This document shows positions 39,284 through 53,587 of a stretch of 64,000 bases of DNA, piece after piece. This stretch comes from Octopus vulgaris (taxonomy: Eukaryota): contig OX597818.1 in assembly GCA_951406725.2 (NCBI GenBank), forward strand, positions 126,604,001-126,668,000, written 5' to 3'. The notes under the pieces are model-generated. The model was not told where the DNA came from and searched no databases. It was given only the letters and a program-made list of their open reading frames with translations. Both the position numbers and the translations under genes were made by a program. Each line of letters begins with the position of its first letter. Position 1 is the first letter of the stretch.

Positions 39284-41926
39284 GTGTGTGTGTGTGTGTA
39301 TGCGTGCGTGTGTGTATTATATGCATGCTTTCTGCTTGCTTCAGTAGATAAAAACAAGCAATATATTTAAAATGAGCGCAGGCGTGACTGTGTGGTAAGA
39401 AGCTCGCTTCCCAATGACACGGTTCCGGGTTCAGTCCCACTGCGTGGCAACTTGGGCAAGTGATTTCTACAAGGTATCCCAAAAGACACTGACGGGTTTC
39501 AATTCTTAATAACTTCCTTAACATTACAAATGAATGCAGGAAATTTTGATACAATATAAAGGACATAAAGGAAATTAATATACACAGGTCAAATTTTGTA
39601 ACACCTTAAAAGTCAGTCATTTTCAGCTTCGCACGCCCGTGCTCTTTCTAAAATTTGCACCATAACACCCTTAAGAGTTTCTGACCTCACTTTTCTGATT
39701 TCTCTATTGTTGTTCTCCTTGAGTCAGACCAGAGTCTACGGTTTGTTGACGTAAACACTATTTTGATTTAGAAACAAAACAATGTTGAGTTTACTAAAAG
39801 ATTCTTCTGCTGATGTTCCCGTAGCTGGAATTTTCGGCAATATCTTTTAGCTAACATAAATATTTGGAAATATTTCACTAAGTTTGTAGTCAGTTAATAA
39901 ATTTGGCAATTCTAAAACTTTTAGCTCCAGTTTTCCAAAATATTCCGTATCTACTGATGATAAATGTTGCTTTTCTATCATAAAACCCTCCTAATTAAGA
40001 TCACTAGGATATTACATGCTCTTTCGCTTTATATTCTGGTTTACTTTCACTCATAGAATGATATTTCTACAAGAAATTTCAAAAAGTCAGCTACAATATA
40101 GTATAATCGATCAAATTATAAAACAGATTTTCTTAAGCAGGCCTCATCTGGCCGTGAATCATCTATGCTCGTCATTACCCACCAGGCCGGCATCCAGTAT
40201 TCTATCGCAATTCAGTCTTTCTAATTATCCAGCGCCCATGACAGAGTTCAAATTCAATCTCAAGATTATTATCCTTCTGTATACGCTACTTGAACTTATT
40301 TTTTCCAATCTTTGTTATATACTGTCTAGCATCATTAATCGTCCACTTTCTAATGCTAATATATTGTTAATAAGATTAGGTAAAAGCTTACATGGGTACG
40401 ATCCGATTATGGAGCTATATGAACCTGAATGAAAGGAACGCCGTTATTGCTATAGCTATAATAAATTTGTAGCCCAAAGCACAGAATTCACTAGGCTTTG
40501 GGTGTCTTTAAAAAATTCAAGTAAATATAATAAATCATACAAAGTCATTTTCATCTTTATCATAACTCGAATAGACTGAATATTAAAGATAGCTGTATAC
40601 CAATCAACTCCATGTCAAAGAATAAGAAAATACGAAACATTTCAGTGAATTTTGCGCTTTCATTAGATATTTTTTTCTCACAATTTATAGAAATGCTGCT
40701 ACAGTATCAGTAAAGTGACGTTCCTTCGCTAATTTTGCATCCTAGACCAAGATTGTTAACGTCCAGTCTGATTCTTCGGTCACAATCGGAAATCTGAGTT
40801 CGTAAACATTACTCTTTCTTTAAAAGGGTGTTTTTTTGTGTGTGTTTTTAAGGATATATCATTTAGATATATCCTTTAATGGTAAACTATTACAGAAATC
40901 GAATGTATCAATCACATTTCTTTTCAGTTAATCATATTCTTAAAAAGTTTTACCAATATGATGTTAATTACACTTTAATTGAGAAGTTCATACATTATAC
41001 TTGAGAGAAAAGCTAATAGCTAAATAAGATTAATGAACCTAAGTAATAATGAATACACATAAACTGTGGTTTTCTGAAAGATGGTTTGTATAGACTTCTT
41101 TTGGTTTTGGAAATACCAATCTGAATTCATATGAAACTTGAATATAATTTAGATGATTTCGCATGTCCAGTTGATAACATTTTTAAACAGAGACATCTGT
41201 CTAAAAAGCGACACAATGTGCGAAACTAGGCATATGCGACAATCCTGTGAATAGTTATCATTTATTTCTTCACAGGATGAACTTATCTGTCCACTTCGTA
41301 AAAGAAACGGCAGGTTCCGGTAGAAGCCTTAAAATGCCCGAAGAATTTTATGATTGCTAACTTTTGTGAAATGATATAATGGAAAGGAACTGTGGGTTCT
41401 TTTAGGGAGCAGGTTTGCAGATATCCACAGGTTCATTTTGTTTTATTCTTTGTTTTATTTTTTCTTTCTCTTCAGACTCCAGATCAACGTACCAATGGAA
41501 CAAGCTCTTATAGGCCATGAGTACCACCACATACACACACACACTTTAATACCCGTACACATCCTATCATTCACTAACACATACACAGGTTGTGTTTAAA
41601 AAGTGGACAACATTAAAAGGGAGAACGATAAAGAAAAGGAGTACATTTTAATCTAGCAGGTATTAGCAATTTGCTGACCGTCTACAAAACACATAAATGC
41701 AACCGAAAAGAGAGTATTACTGCTGCATGCATACAAACGCTCAAAGCCATCTGACTGATTAGCAAAACTTCACTTTACACTTCGCTACAACCAGTAATCC
41801 AATAGTGTTTTGTTTAACATTGGTTCTTTACCATTGCTATGAAGGTTCTGCATTATGTTAGCTAAAAAAACGGTTTACCACAACCTCTCCATTCCACCCA
41901 GTTCACCACACCGTTCTTCTGTCTGG

Positions 41927-42099
41927 CAGGATCGTCTTAAAGCATGTACACATTGCGCAGTTGTCCGGGAGCTTCACATGTATAGGGCTCAATTCTGAGC
42001 TAAGCATGTTATGGTTTGCTGTCAATAAATAAATAAATACTGCAAGGTCCAGTTCATTGATTTGCCTGGGAGGACTATAATGCTGCTAAGGCGACCTTG
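41927..42099. mobile_element. Small hAT-like MITE, diverged
   Basis: CAGGATCGTCTTA ... TAAGGCGACCTTG terminal inverted repeats. Confidence 0.5.
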
Positions 42100-43197
42100 C
42101 TTTCAGATTCCCGATTTCGATTCACTGGTAGCTTTACATATTCCTTTCTTTTTCTGTTAGGAATTCTCCATTCACCAGCTCAATTCTGATGTCTGTCATA
42201 GATACAAGTGGCTTCATTTCTATGAATGGCAAAAGGAGTTTGTGATCGCTTCATGTTTACCGCTGGCTGCAACCGGAAATTACATCTAGTTAGCTTGAAA
42301 CTTCCTTTTGCCTGGTATCATCCAGAAAATATAAATCAATTGCCACATCTGGTCAACTCATCAATCTTCATAAATTCCTTCAGCGTTTTTGTTCATTGTC
42401 GCACTAATTCAAGCTAATCTATCTGTCTGATTTTCAATTGTAGCCCTCAGTAAATATTATTCTTTATTCCCTGAATCATTTCATAAGTGAGAGAGAGAAA
42501 AAAAGGACAAGAAAGCCTCTTTTTTTTTGTCAAGATTACTAACACACGTTAAAGATAACGCTCGTTTTAATCATTTAAAGAGCAATAAATATAATCTGAG
42601 GAAGTTGTAAATTTTCCAGGTTCCGGCAGAAGGAAACTAAAGACCTCATCTCACAGCGGTAGCTGTAAATAGGCGCGGTAAAGATGTAGTGGTGGTTAGA
42701 GGTGGTGGTGGTGGGATTACTTTATAATTGACAACTGTTTCTTTCGCTACTAGAGCTGGGGTGAATTCTCATCTGAGGGTATTGATAAAGGCAACTTGAA
42801 ACTACTCCAGTTTTCTCTCTTCAACCTCTACACGCATCATTGCCTTACGGGTTACGTCGTATTACTTACATTTATAAGGTATGGAAGATACTATATATAG
42901 CGAAAACAATAATCTCTTTTATTCATAAACTTAATCTTTCTCGTTATGTCTGTCTTTCTTCCTTTCCTTCTTCCCTTTTCTGGCTTTTTCTTTCTTCCTC
43001 TTTTTCTTTCTTTCTTTCTTTCTTTCTTTTCTTTCTTTCTTTCTTTCTTTCTCCTCCTTTTCTTCTCTTGCTTTGTTCGTCGTTTTCGAACCACATGAAA
43101 ATTTATGATCGGTATTTATTCCAAGTTTCTGTGACACTGAGTTCGCGATACGTCGTCGTCATCGTTGTCATCATGATCGTGATCATCATCATCATCG

Positions 43198-43248
<51 letters not shown>

Positions 43249-44802
43249 CCATGCAGTCGTCATTTTGACTCTCGAATACACACAATTAATTTTTAAGCTG
43301 AGTGGACTGATGCAACGTGAAGTTAAGTGCCTCGCTCAAGGAAATCGAACCCATGACCTTTCTAACACGAATCCCTCAGTTATGTACCTTCGCAAAGGAT
43401 TCATTCAAGAGATAAGATTCCTTTCCGTGGGATAAGACACAGGTATATCATAGGTTGCTTTTACAAGTGGAGAATAAGTTACAGCACTGCAACAACTGAC
43501 TCGTCAAAGCCTCAATGCTACCACTGCCTACAATAGTGAGTCATATTATCCTGCAGCAACTCCTTAGGTTTGATGAAGTCTTTCAAAGTCAGATGATAAA
43601 TACAAACTACAGACATCTCAGCTGATTGTCCGGTACAATTTCCAGGTTCTTCCTACCTCTCAGCAATGAATCGGTAGTCATAATATTATTTTTTATAGAA
43701 TTTATTTGAAATACAAGATCGAATTTGGACGTTAAAACTATCAGTTCCTGTTTGATATTTGTTTCCTTGAATTGAAAAAGAGCTTCGTATTGTGTGTGTG
43801 TACGTTTGTGTGTGTGCGCACGCGTGTGTTTTACCGATATTTGTATTAATTCCTTTTTACTTTTTCTTTATTTTTTCTGCCGTATAACAGCAAATATTTT
43901 ACAGTCATAGTCTACTAGAATGAAATCACCCTACCTCTCTACATTCGTTATGTATAAATATAGCCTTTGATTTTTATAATTTTCCTTTTACTAGATGTAT
44001 GTGTTGTAGAATTGACACCCGAGGTTCAAAGTAACTTGTGGCATTTAAATGTTATTTATCTTATGTTTTGCACATATCTGAAATTGAGAAAATAACGTAC
44101 TGTCAAGAACTAAAGTTAATTTTATCGACTAATCTCTCCCCTAAATTGTTGTCTCGGTACGTAAATTATTAGTATTATAAAGGCTAAAAATCGGCATAAT
44201 TGTTGAGCGTCAAAGAAAATGCATTGCAGTTTTTATTCAGTTCTTTAGTTTCTATGTTCAAACCCCGCCGATACCTTTCATCATTCCCTGGTCGATAAAA
44301 GAAAGTACCAGTCAAGTACCGGAGTTTATTTATTGGACCAAACTTTCCTCCAGATCTGAGGTCTTGTGAAATTTTTCTCGACTCTTTATATTCCGAGTTT
44401 AAGTAATGCTTAACATCGCTTTCCTACAAATTGATGGCATTAAGCCAAAATTAGAAAATATTGGTTTCAAATTTTGGTACAATGGTAGCATGTTCTGGGG
44501 AGGGGATAAGTCAATTACATCGATCCCAGTACTTGATCCCATTTACTTTATCGACAGTGAAAGGCAAACTCGACGGAATTTGATCTCCGAATGGAAAGAC
44601 GGATAAAATGCCATATGCATTTTATCCGGCGTGTTAATGATTCTGCTAGTTCGCCAAGAATTTATAGATGGATAGTTTGTGGTCGAGCCACCTAATGTGA
44701 CTCACTCAGAAGGCTGTAATCTCATGTGGTAGGAACCCGGTAAAGAATATATAAAACACAAGACTGTGACTTTAAATGTCTTTAATGTCGGCCTCACACA
44801 CA

Positions 44803-44897
<95 letters not shown>

Positions 44898-45065
44898 TAG
44901 AAGGTTTGGAGATGATATACAGGTATTATATATTCGACGGACTTCTTTCAGTTTCCGTCTACCAAATCCACTCACAAGACTTTGGTCGGCCCAAGGCTAT
45001 AGTAGAAGACACTTGCCCGAGGTGCCACGCAGCGGGACTGAACCCGGAACCATGTGGTTGAGGCA

Positions 45066-45295
45066 GGCAGCGGACTCGCGGTTGTAGGATCGCGGCTTCG
45101 CTTCCCAGGCCGGGCGTTGTGAGTGTTTATTGAGCGAAAACACCTAAAATTTCCACGAGGCCCCGGCAGGGGGTGGTGATCCCTGCTGTACTCTTTCACC
45201 ACTCTTTCTTCTGTTGGCCTGCTCGCTTAGCCAGCGGGGTGGCGTCATTTGAAGGCTAAAACAATACAAACGCATTGTGACCAGCGATGTGTACA
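45066..45295 (+). mobile_element. SINE family D
   Basis: tRNA-like head. Its 3' part GCTTAGCCAGCGGGGTGGCGTCATTTGAAGGCTAAAACAAT recurs reverse-complemented at ~54400-54503. Confidence 0.7.
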
Positions 45296-45364
45296 CACAT
45301 ACACATATATATATATATAATATATATATGTGTGTGTGTGTATGTATGTATGTATGTATGTATT

Positions 45365-45890
45365 AAATACAAAAATGCGGCAACAAAACAGCCAGACAAT
45401 CGATACAAAGAAAACAAGACTGGTCATTCGGAGTTTTCTTTCTTCAGTCGATTTCCAGATTATCTTTGCAATTTCAGCTGTTTATACTCGAGATTGCTCC
45501 CCACTCTCTCACATTTCCTGACCTTCTCTTCGTGCTCACCTTTCCTCTTTCACTTCACTCTCTACCTTTTATTTTTCTTCTCGCCCCTCCTTAATTCTTC
45601 TATCCCTCTGCTTTTACTTCTCTCTCTTCTCTCCCCACGTTGTTAATGTCCTGTTATTTGTATTTGTGTACCATTTCTCTGTTTTTCCGGTCTTGCTTTC
45701 TTGCAAGGAATCTAGTGCTATTAGCTTATTTTTTCCTTGGGGCTGGCCAGACTGGAGCAATCTTGAGTGTAAACAGCCGAAGTTACAAAGATAATCTGGA
45801 ACTCAACTGAGGAAAGAAAACTCCGAATGACACGTCCTTGTTTTCTTTGTATCGTCTGCCTGGTTGTTTTGTTGTCCTATTTTTGTATTT
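45365..45890. repeat. Imperfect inverted repeat (~135 bp arms) between TA/TATG microsatellites, possibly PLE-derived
   Basis: 45365-45499 is reverse complementary to 45754-45890 (e.g. CATTCGGAGTTTTCTTTC / GAAAGAAAACTCCGAATG). Each arm has a CTGA(A/G)GA...CGAA motif with a non-canonical continuation. Confidence 0.8.
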
Positions 45891-45930
45891 TTATATATAA
45901 AAATATAGCGGCGTACGTACACTTTGGTCT

Positions 45931-45967
<37 letters not shown>

Positions 45968-46066
45968 CATACATATATATATATGTATGTATATATGTAT
46001 ATATACATATATAAGCACTATCTTGATGAGAAGACAAGGGAGACAAGAACCCTATGTCGGAGATAC

Positions 46067-46128
46067 AGCCAGAGCATCGATGATTTCGCCATCTCATGCC
46101 TAATGCATCTTAACGCTCATCAGTGGCT
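46067..46128 (-). ncRNA. Type I hammerhead ribozyme motif, canonical core
   Basis: Reverse complement: AGCCA-CTGATGA-GC...GC-GAA-ATCATCGATGCT-C-TGGCT. 5 bp stem I, palindromic CATCGATG in stem III (one mismatch), CUC triplet. Confidence 0.72.
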
Positions 46129-46261
46129 TGGCTTTTACCGTACCTAATGCTTTTGTTGGCTATTGTGTTGTTTTGACTCTTATATCTAGCAATACTGGTG
46201 TTGATTAGTGTTCCTGTTCACTTTAGTGATGAGCACGCATACACACACTGACACACACACT

Positions 46262-46297
<36 letters not shown>

Positions 46298-47089
46298 CGC
46301 ATATATATATATATTCCATCTTTCCTGAGCGTCCAATAATAATATATTTGTTCCATGTCCTCGCGTTGTTGTGTTTTTTTTTGTGCTTTCTTGTTTGGAT
46401 TAACTATATATATATATATATATATATCTTCTGCTTTATTATAGGCAAGTACTGACATCTGTCAGGTAAAGTATATATTTTAAAATAAACACAAAACTAC
46501 ACGAAGTCACACATACAGTTCCATATACAGACCACGCATGAAGACGAAACCCATGCGCACTATATGCACATGCATATGCACATGCATATACACATGTAGA
46601 AGCATACATAGAGAAGCATGAATATATCAAGATAAAGTGGGGGAAATTTTAAACTAGCGAACCGTATGAAATATAATGACGTTATTACGCAATGGATAAT
46701 CTTGTTATAAATAAACTTACGAGAATAAACGAAAGAAAAACAAGTATCTACCCGTTACATGAATGACCAACATCCCTATTCTGTGTTAATTTGTAAATTT
46801 GTAAAATAATTATAATCACATGACCCAACTAGGGTTAGAGTGTCTAGATAATTAAACAGACATGGCAATGTCTTATATATGTTATATTAATCACGAAAGA
46901 GCGACTAAGTATTAAGTGGAACATATTGTTTTAATTGGTATGTAACTAGCTTTCAGGATAAGAAAATTAAACAAAAGTGATATGTGGCTTTTTGTAACAG
47001 AACAGTATTAGTAGAGATGTCTGTATGTCTATATGAATATGCTCATATTTATGTATTTATGATTACATGTACATATGTACATCCATATC

Positions 47090-47208
47090 TATAGATAGAT
47101 AAATAGATAGATAGACAGAGAAGCAGACAGACAGACAGACAGACAGACAGATAGTTAGATAGATAGATAGAGAGATAGACAGACAGACAGACAGACAGAT
47201 AGACAGAC

Positions 47209-47254
<46 letters not shown>

Positions 47255-47403
47255 TTAGATAGATAGATAAATAGATAAATAAATATATAGATACATAGAT
47301 AGATAGACAGAGAAGCAGACAGACAACCAGACAGACAGACAGACAGACGTATGTATGTATGCATGTATGTATATATATATATATATATACATACATACAT
47401 ACA

Positions 47404-47435
<32 letters not shown>

Positions 47436-47450
47436 CATATATATATATAT

Positions 47451-47505
<55 letters not shown>

Positions 47506-47514
47506 CATACATAC

Positions 47515-47556
<42 letters not shown>

Positions 47557-47754
47557 TCTTTGGATACTTCCATGTTAGAAAGGGTTTTAATCAAAGAAAT
47601 TTTAAATCTATTATTCTGTAAAATAATATTTCATTAGTTTAATGTACGGAAATACATAAAAAGAATTTTAATTCCATTAGACATTCTAAAATACTATTAA
47701 ACTTCATTCAATTTTAAAACAGGTAAAATCGGACAGAACTTATGGTATGACCTG

Positions 47755-47789
<35 letters not shown>

Positions 47790-47837
47790 TGTATGTATGT
47801 ATGTATGTATGCATGTATATTTGTATATATATATATA

Positions 47838-47891
<54 letters not shown>

Positions 47892-48018
47892 TGTAAGTAT
47901 ATTATACATATATATATATATGCATTATGCACGTATGTACGTAGGTATGTATTTATGAATGTATGTTTGTCTCTCTCTTTTCTCTCTCTCTCTCTATCTA
48001 TCTGTCTATCTATTTCTT

Positions 48019-48051
<33 letters not shown>

Positions 48052-48075
48052 CTGTGTGTATGTGTGTGTGTGTAT
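47090..48075 (+). repeat. Compound GATA/GACA/TATG/TA microsatellite block (contains a small mariner TIR remnant ~47697-47757)
   Basis: Direct read. Confidence 0.9.
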
Positions 48076-48208
48076 AAATAAAACAGAAAGCAGTGAAATA
48101 TTGTTGAACACCAATTATCTTACATCAATTATTATTTATTAATTCAATACAAATAGACTGCATATGTATGCCCATGGTTAAACATAGGTTATATACCGGT
48201 AGTATAAT

Positions 48209-48252
<44 letters not shown>

Positions 48253-48346
48253 GGGAAAGTTTACGAAAATAAACAAAAGACGAAGGCAGGAGGAGTACAA
48301 ACAAATAAATGTATTAATATAGCGCTCAGGAATAGAAATAGAAAGA

Positions 48347-48386
48347 ATCTTTTACGTTTCGAGCCTACGCTCTTCGACAGAAAGAT
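48347..48386 (-). ncRNA. Minimal hammerhead-like motif (A6U, extra nucleotide after A9) in a (TA)n-adjacent element
   Basis: Reverse complement: ATCTTT-CTGTCGA-A-GAGC gtag GCTC-GAA-ACGT-A-AAAGAT. Perfect 6 bp stem I and 4 bp stem II, palindromic ACGT stem III, GUA triplet. Confidence 0.7.
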
Positions 48387-48593
48387 ACACAGAAAAAAAA
48401 AAAAACAAGGAGAGGAACAAGGAGAGGAAAAGATGCGTGTAGGAACTAACGATCTATCATGGCGTCCTAGGGAGAGAGAAAAAGAGAGAAGATATAGATA
48501 GAGAGAGCGAGAAGGAGAGAGAGAGATGCTTATAAATATATTCAACATAAATACGTATATGTATATCTCTCTCTCAATCTGTTTCCCTCACTC

Positions 48594-48642
<49 letters not shown>

Positions 48643-49397
48643 GTATGCATATACATTGATAGAGTTAGCGTGAGTGAGAGAGTGAGAAAGAAAATTAGAT
48701 TGTTACATATAAAGGTCTTCACTTACTCACACACACATACACACGCAAAAGCACTTACAGGGTTATGTGCAAGCACACATTACACACAAAGATGTGCATA
48801 CACTTACAAACTTACATGCGCATACATTCACTTACGCATACATTTGAAAAACCAAGGAGAGCGTGTGTGTGTTTTGTGTAAATGTATTTGTTTTATGCAT
48901 GTTTATGTGTAAGTATGTGCGCATGTATGTATGTGTGCTTGCATCTATATATGTATTTATCTATTGTATGTACACACTCATAGACACATACACACCTAAA
49001 GACGTACGTAGAGACACACAGCTTTTCAAGCTACCAGGAAGTCATTTTCGTTCAGTGAACCATGTCAAGCGTAATTACATTACGCTAATTATAAAATAAT
49101 AGTTAATAATCTTGTCATAAATAAACATCCGAAAAGGATAGTAGGATAGGCATACGAAGCATCAAGCCATTACATCTGTGGGCTGATAATAGAGCCATAA
49201 TACAGACTTGTTGATTAATTATAATCGTATGATCCAACTAGATGAGATGGTGAAGAAAATTAGCTGACCTAGCTATTAAGAATAGCGACTGAGAATGTCT
49301 GGGATGCACAAATTTCAGTGATGGTATGTATGTGTACAAGAGTATGGATATGTGTAAGGTCATCAATTTAAACACACACAAACACTCATACGCACAC

Positions 49398-49428
<31 letters not shown>

Positions 49429-49686
49429 TGCATGCATGCATGTCTGTATGTATGTATTTGGGAACTTTAGGGTACTTCCAAAACAAAATATGTTCATGGC
49501 GTATTTCAACATCTAAAATCAAATTCACTGCAGTTACCACGGAGAAAAATTCTCTCTTATAATAAAAGTGAGAATTTTTCTCTACGAGTACAGCATTGAA
49601 TTTGACGTTTGAAGATGAAATATGTCAAAAACACATTTTGACTATTCTAAAGTTCACTTCTGTCTGAACATTGCTTAGCACTAATG

Positions 49687-49763
<77 letters not shown>

Positions 49764-49901
49764 CGGAGATGTACTTGCATAGCAAGTGGCCTGATCTGAG
49801 ATCGTGTGCTGGAACGAAAACAATTGCAGCGTGAAAGGTGTTTATAAGCCATTTAAGAAGCAGAAAAGAACCGTTAGATTCACTTCAACATTTAAATTTA
49901 A

Positions 49902-49952
49902 TTTGTTAAAATATTTTCGTCGCTTTGAGACCGCGACCTGTTCACTGACAAA
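49902..49952 (-). ncRNA. Minimal hammerhead-like motif with G3-C8 core
   Basis: Reverse complement: TTTGTCA-GTGAACA-G-GTCGC ggtctcaaa GCGAC-GAA-AATATT-T-TAACAAA. Stem I 6/7, stem II 5/5, palindromic stem III. Confidence 0.62.
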
Positions 49953-50696
49953 ACTTTAGGTGGCAAACACTTCAGGATTCCGTGCTGCTACTGTTTACAT
50001 CCCGGTCAGTAATTTAATGTTACACTGTATTTTCTTTTCCATTTATGCAAACTGTCAAGTTTAGCCTGAATATCCTGTATGATCATTGCTATTCAATAAA
50101 TACGGGTTAATAATGCAAGTACGAAACTAAGTAGAAAAGGTCAGTTTAATTGATCGAAAACCCTTGACAGGTGTGCCCCGAAATGGTCGAGCCTATTCCC
50201 CAAAGTAGTTGAAGAATATTATATATGAAGTGAGATAGAAACTAACTTTTGGTGAACGTAGAAAGGAACGGATCATCATACATTCCTTTAGTAGATCTTT
50301 TTATTTTTGTCGTTTCTCTTTATATCTCGACCAGATTTCTTTAAGCTCTTGAGGTAGATTAAAAATCATATCATAGAGATCATTTCAGAGTTTTTTCTAG
50401 TCTAAATTGCAATATACTTTCAATTATAAGAAAAAGCTTTCCTGTTTCCTCTTTTAGTTCGTTTTATATACACTGATACATAGACATAAATGTACACACA
50501 TCGGAGGGAAAGACTTTCAAAAGAGGTATTTTCCAACGAAACTTCCCAGTCCTGTTCGTTCTTCGCGAGTTGCACAGAAAACTTTTGTTAGTCTTTCCGT
50601 CAGAAATTCAGTCGGGTAATTACGTACTGTTTAGGAACCAGTAATCACAGACGCTATTGCTTGTAAAATGCGGTAAAATGAATATAATTTAAATCT

Positions 50697-51243
50697 ATTT
50701 ATTTCTTTATTGCCCACAGAGGGCTAATCATAGAGGGGACAAACAAGTTCAGACAAAGGGATTGAGTCGATTACACCGATCCCAGAGCGTAACTGGTACT
50801 TATCGACCCCGAAAGGATGAAAGGCAAAGTCTGTTTGAACTCAGAACGTAACGGCAGACGAAATACCTATTTTTTACTACCCACAAGGGGCTAAACACAG
50901 AGAGGACAAACAAGGACAGACAAACGGATTAAGTCGATTATATCGACCCCAGTGCTTAACTGGTACTTATTTAATCGACCCCGAAAGGATGAAAGGCAAA
51001 GTCGACCTCGGCGGAATTTGAACTTAGGACGTAGTGGCAGACGAAATACTACTAAGCATTTGGCCCGGCGTACTAACGATTCTTCCAGCTCACTGCCTTA
51101 TAATTTAGATATATTTTCTACTCTAGGTACAAGGTCCGAAATTTTGGGGGAGGTGGGAGGCAGTCGATTACATCGACCCAGTACGCAACTGGTACTTAAT
51201 TTATCGACCCCGAAAGGGTGAAAGGCAAAGTCGACCTCCGCGG
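50697..51243 (-). mobile_element. SINE family A dimer plus adjacent partial copy
   Basis: TATCGACCCCGAAAGG(A/G)TGAAAGGCAAAGTC occurs three times; internal junction at ~50860. Confidence 0.88.
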
Positions 51244-52251
51244 ATAATTTAAATATATTGGAGAACACAGCAAAGCTTGGGATAAGACTGACATTTGCCA
51301 AAAGAGACGCATTGTGGGATCGAATCTAATAACATACGATGACAAAACGAACTTTTTAATCGTTTACATTAAAGTTGTGAGATTATAAGTTTATAAAAAA
51401 TATGTTTACGAATTTAGGATGAAAGTTAATTTTTCATTATTCTAGTTATTTCTGAAGCTGATTTTGGTGCTGTCAACGATGTGGTAATTTAATTTTTGTT
51501 GTTGTTTTCTGCAACATATCACAATTCTCGGATGTCGGTCTGTTATAAAAAATGGTCCTGGAAAGTAATAATAATAATATTATCCGATGACATTGGATAT
51601 TGCTTTCTGATGATTTGATGGATGGCGTGAATAGTTCACCCACCCACTCTTATCTTTTCTTTCTTTCATTCTTTTTTTCTTTCCCTCTCTTTCTCTCTAT
51701 CTCTATCTTTCTCACTCTCATTTAATCTTCCGTTCTTTGAGGTCGTTTCGGATTGTTTTGAATTATTATTTTATATTCACTCTTTGCATGGTAAATGGAC
51801 GTTATGAAAAAGAAAAGGAAAAAAAGACGAAACCAACCGACTGAACAACCAGCCAACTAATCTACCAGTCGTACGAATACACAACATTCAACAAATATTC
51901 ACGATCAAAATAAACAACAACTTATCAAATTACACTTCATTAAAAATAAAACAAGAATCCAAATCGTAAAGCAGAAAAAAATTATAAAAAATAACAAAAA
52001 AAGCAAAGCAAAATTTAATTAACTTGTCAATTGCTTCCTTTTCTTTAAACTTCAGAAATAAATAATGAAATTACTTTCCATATGATAAGGGAAATTTTTG
52101 TTTTAAGTTTTTTTTTTCTTTGTTGAGGTCGGTTGGTTATTGTGAACCATATAGTTCTTTAGCATGCAGTATTGGTTTATTTTCCTACTCAAGTAATAGT
52201 TAGTGTGTATCTGTAAATAGAAACACGCTCACACACACACACAAAAGTATC

Positions 52252-52850
52252 TACAGAGTGTCCAAAACAAGTATACACACAATGAATGATTATAAAGTCA
52301 GTGTTTATTAAAATAGATTTAAATTATAAAATTTAATACAACCCACTGACAGAATTTAATTTTTGTTATGAATTCGCGTTTTCAAACTCATGACCATTCT
52401 TGCGCAGGCTCTGCTGATAATTCGACACAGGGGAATTGCAAGCATCAAGAAACATTTCGTTTGGTATTTGAGCACATTCTTGTTCAAATCGTCGACTGTT
52501 GCCGGTTTCGTACCAGAAACCTCCTCTTAAGTATTCTTATATAAAAAAAGTATCAATGATAGTACGGGCTATTCTTAAGTATTCCTATGAAAAAGTGTCA
52601 TAAAGAGCATTGACTATTCTTGGAATGAAAATTTTCAAATGACAACATTTCAAAATGCTTTTAAAGTTTCATTATCACAACACGTCTCAATAATGTGCGC
52701 GTGTGTCTTTATTCGTTCATTCACTCATTCGGTTTGTTTGCATGTTCACGTTGTGCCATCAAATAGGACCCGCATTCTCTTCTTCGTCTTAAAATGTTTA
52801 AATTACTTTACTCTTTCATTTGTATCAGGGTTGCTAATCTCTACGTAATA
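52252..52850 (-). mobile_element. Decayed Tc1-like element fragment
   Basis: TA|CAGAGTGTCC terminus; residual transposase C-terminal-like translation on the minus strand. Confidence 0.45.
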
Positions 52851-52971
52851 TCTATCAAGGACAATCACTTTAAACAAAACTTACCTAATTAAAATAATCA
52901 TCTGAAAAACAAGTAAATCTAGTGAAATCAAAAGGAAAAACATTTAACATATTCTACCAAGGTTTTCATTA

Positions 52972-53587
52972 TTCTTTTCTACGTTAGGCACAAGGTCCGA
53001 AATTTGTGGGGAGGGAGCCAGTCGATTACATCGACCCCAGTACGCAACTGGTACTTAATCTATCGACTTCCAGAAGGATGAAAGGTAAAGTCGACCTCGG
53101 CGGAACTTGAACTCAAAACGTAAAGACAGACGAAATATCTATTTCTTTACTACCTACAATGGGCTAAACACAGAGAGGACAAACAAGGACAGACAAACGG
53201 ATTAAGTTGATTACATCGACCCCAGTGCGTAACTGGTACTTATTTAATCGACCCCGAAAGGATGAAAGGCAAAGTCGACCTCGGCGGAATTTGAACTCAG
53301 AACGTAACGGCATGCTAACGTTTCTGCCAGCTCGCCGCCTAAAGTTTTCATTATTAACAGGTTAGTTAAGGAGGTGAGCTGGCAGAATCGTTAGAACGCC
53401 AGGTAAAATGCTTAACAACATCTCGTTTGTCTTTACCTTCTGAGTTCAAATACAACCGAGGTCGACTTTGCCTTTTATTCTTACGGGGTCGATAAAAATG
53501 AGTACCAGTTGAGCACTGAGTCGATGTAGTCGACTAGACCCCTTCTCCAATACTTCTGGGCTACTGCCTATTGAAGAAATGATTATT
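52972..53587. mobile_element. SINE family A minus-strand dimer (52972-53341) head-to-head with a plus copy (53368-53587)
   Basis: Family A core on both strands. The dimer carries one Tx1-like tail internally and the other tail type at its end. Confidence 0.85.
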
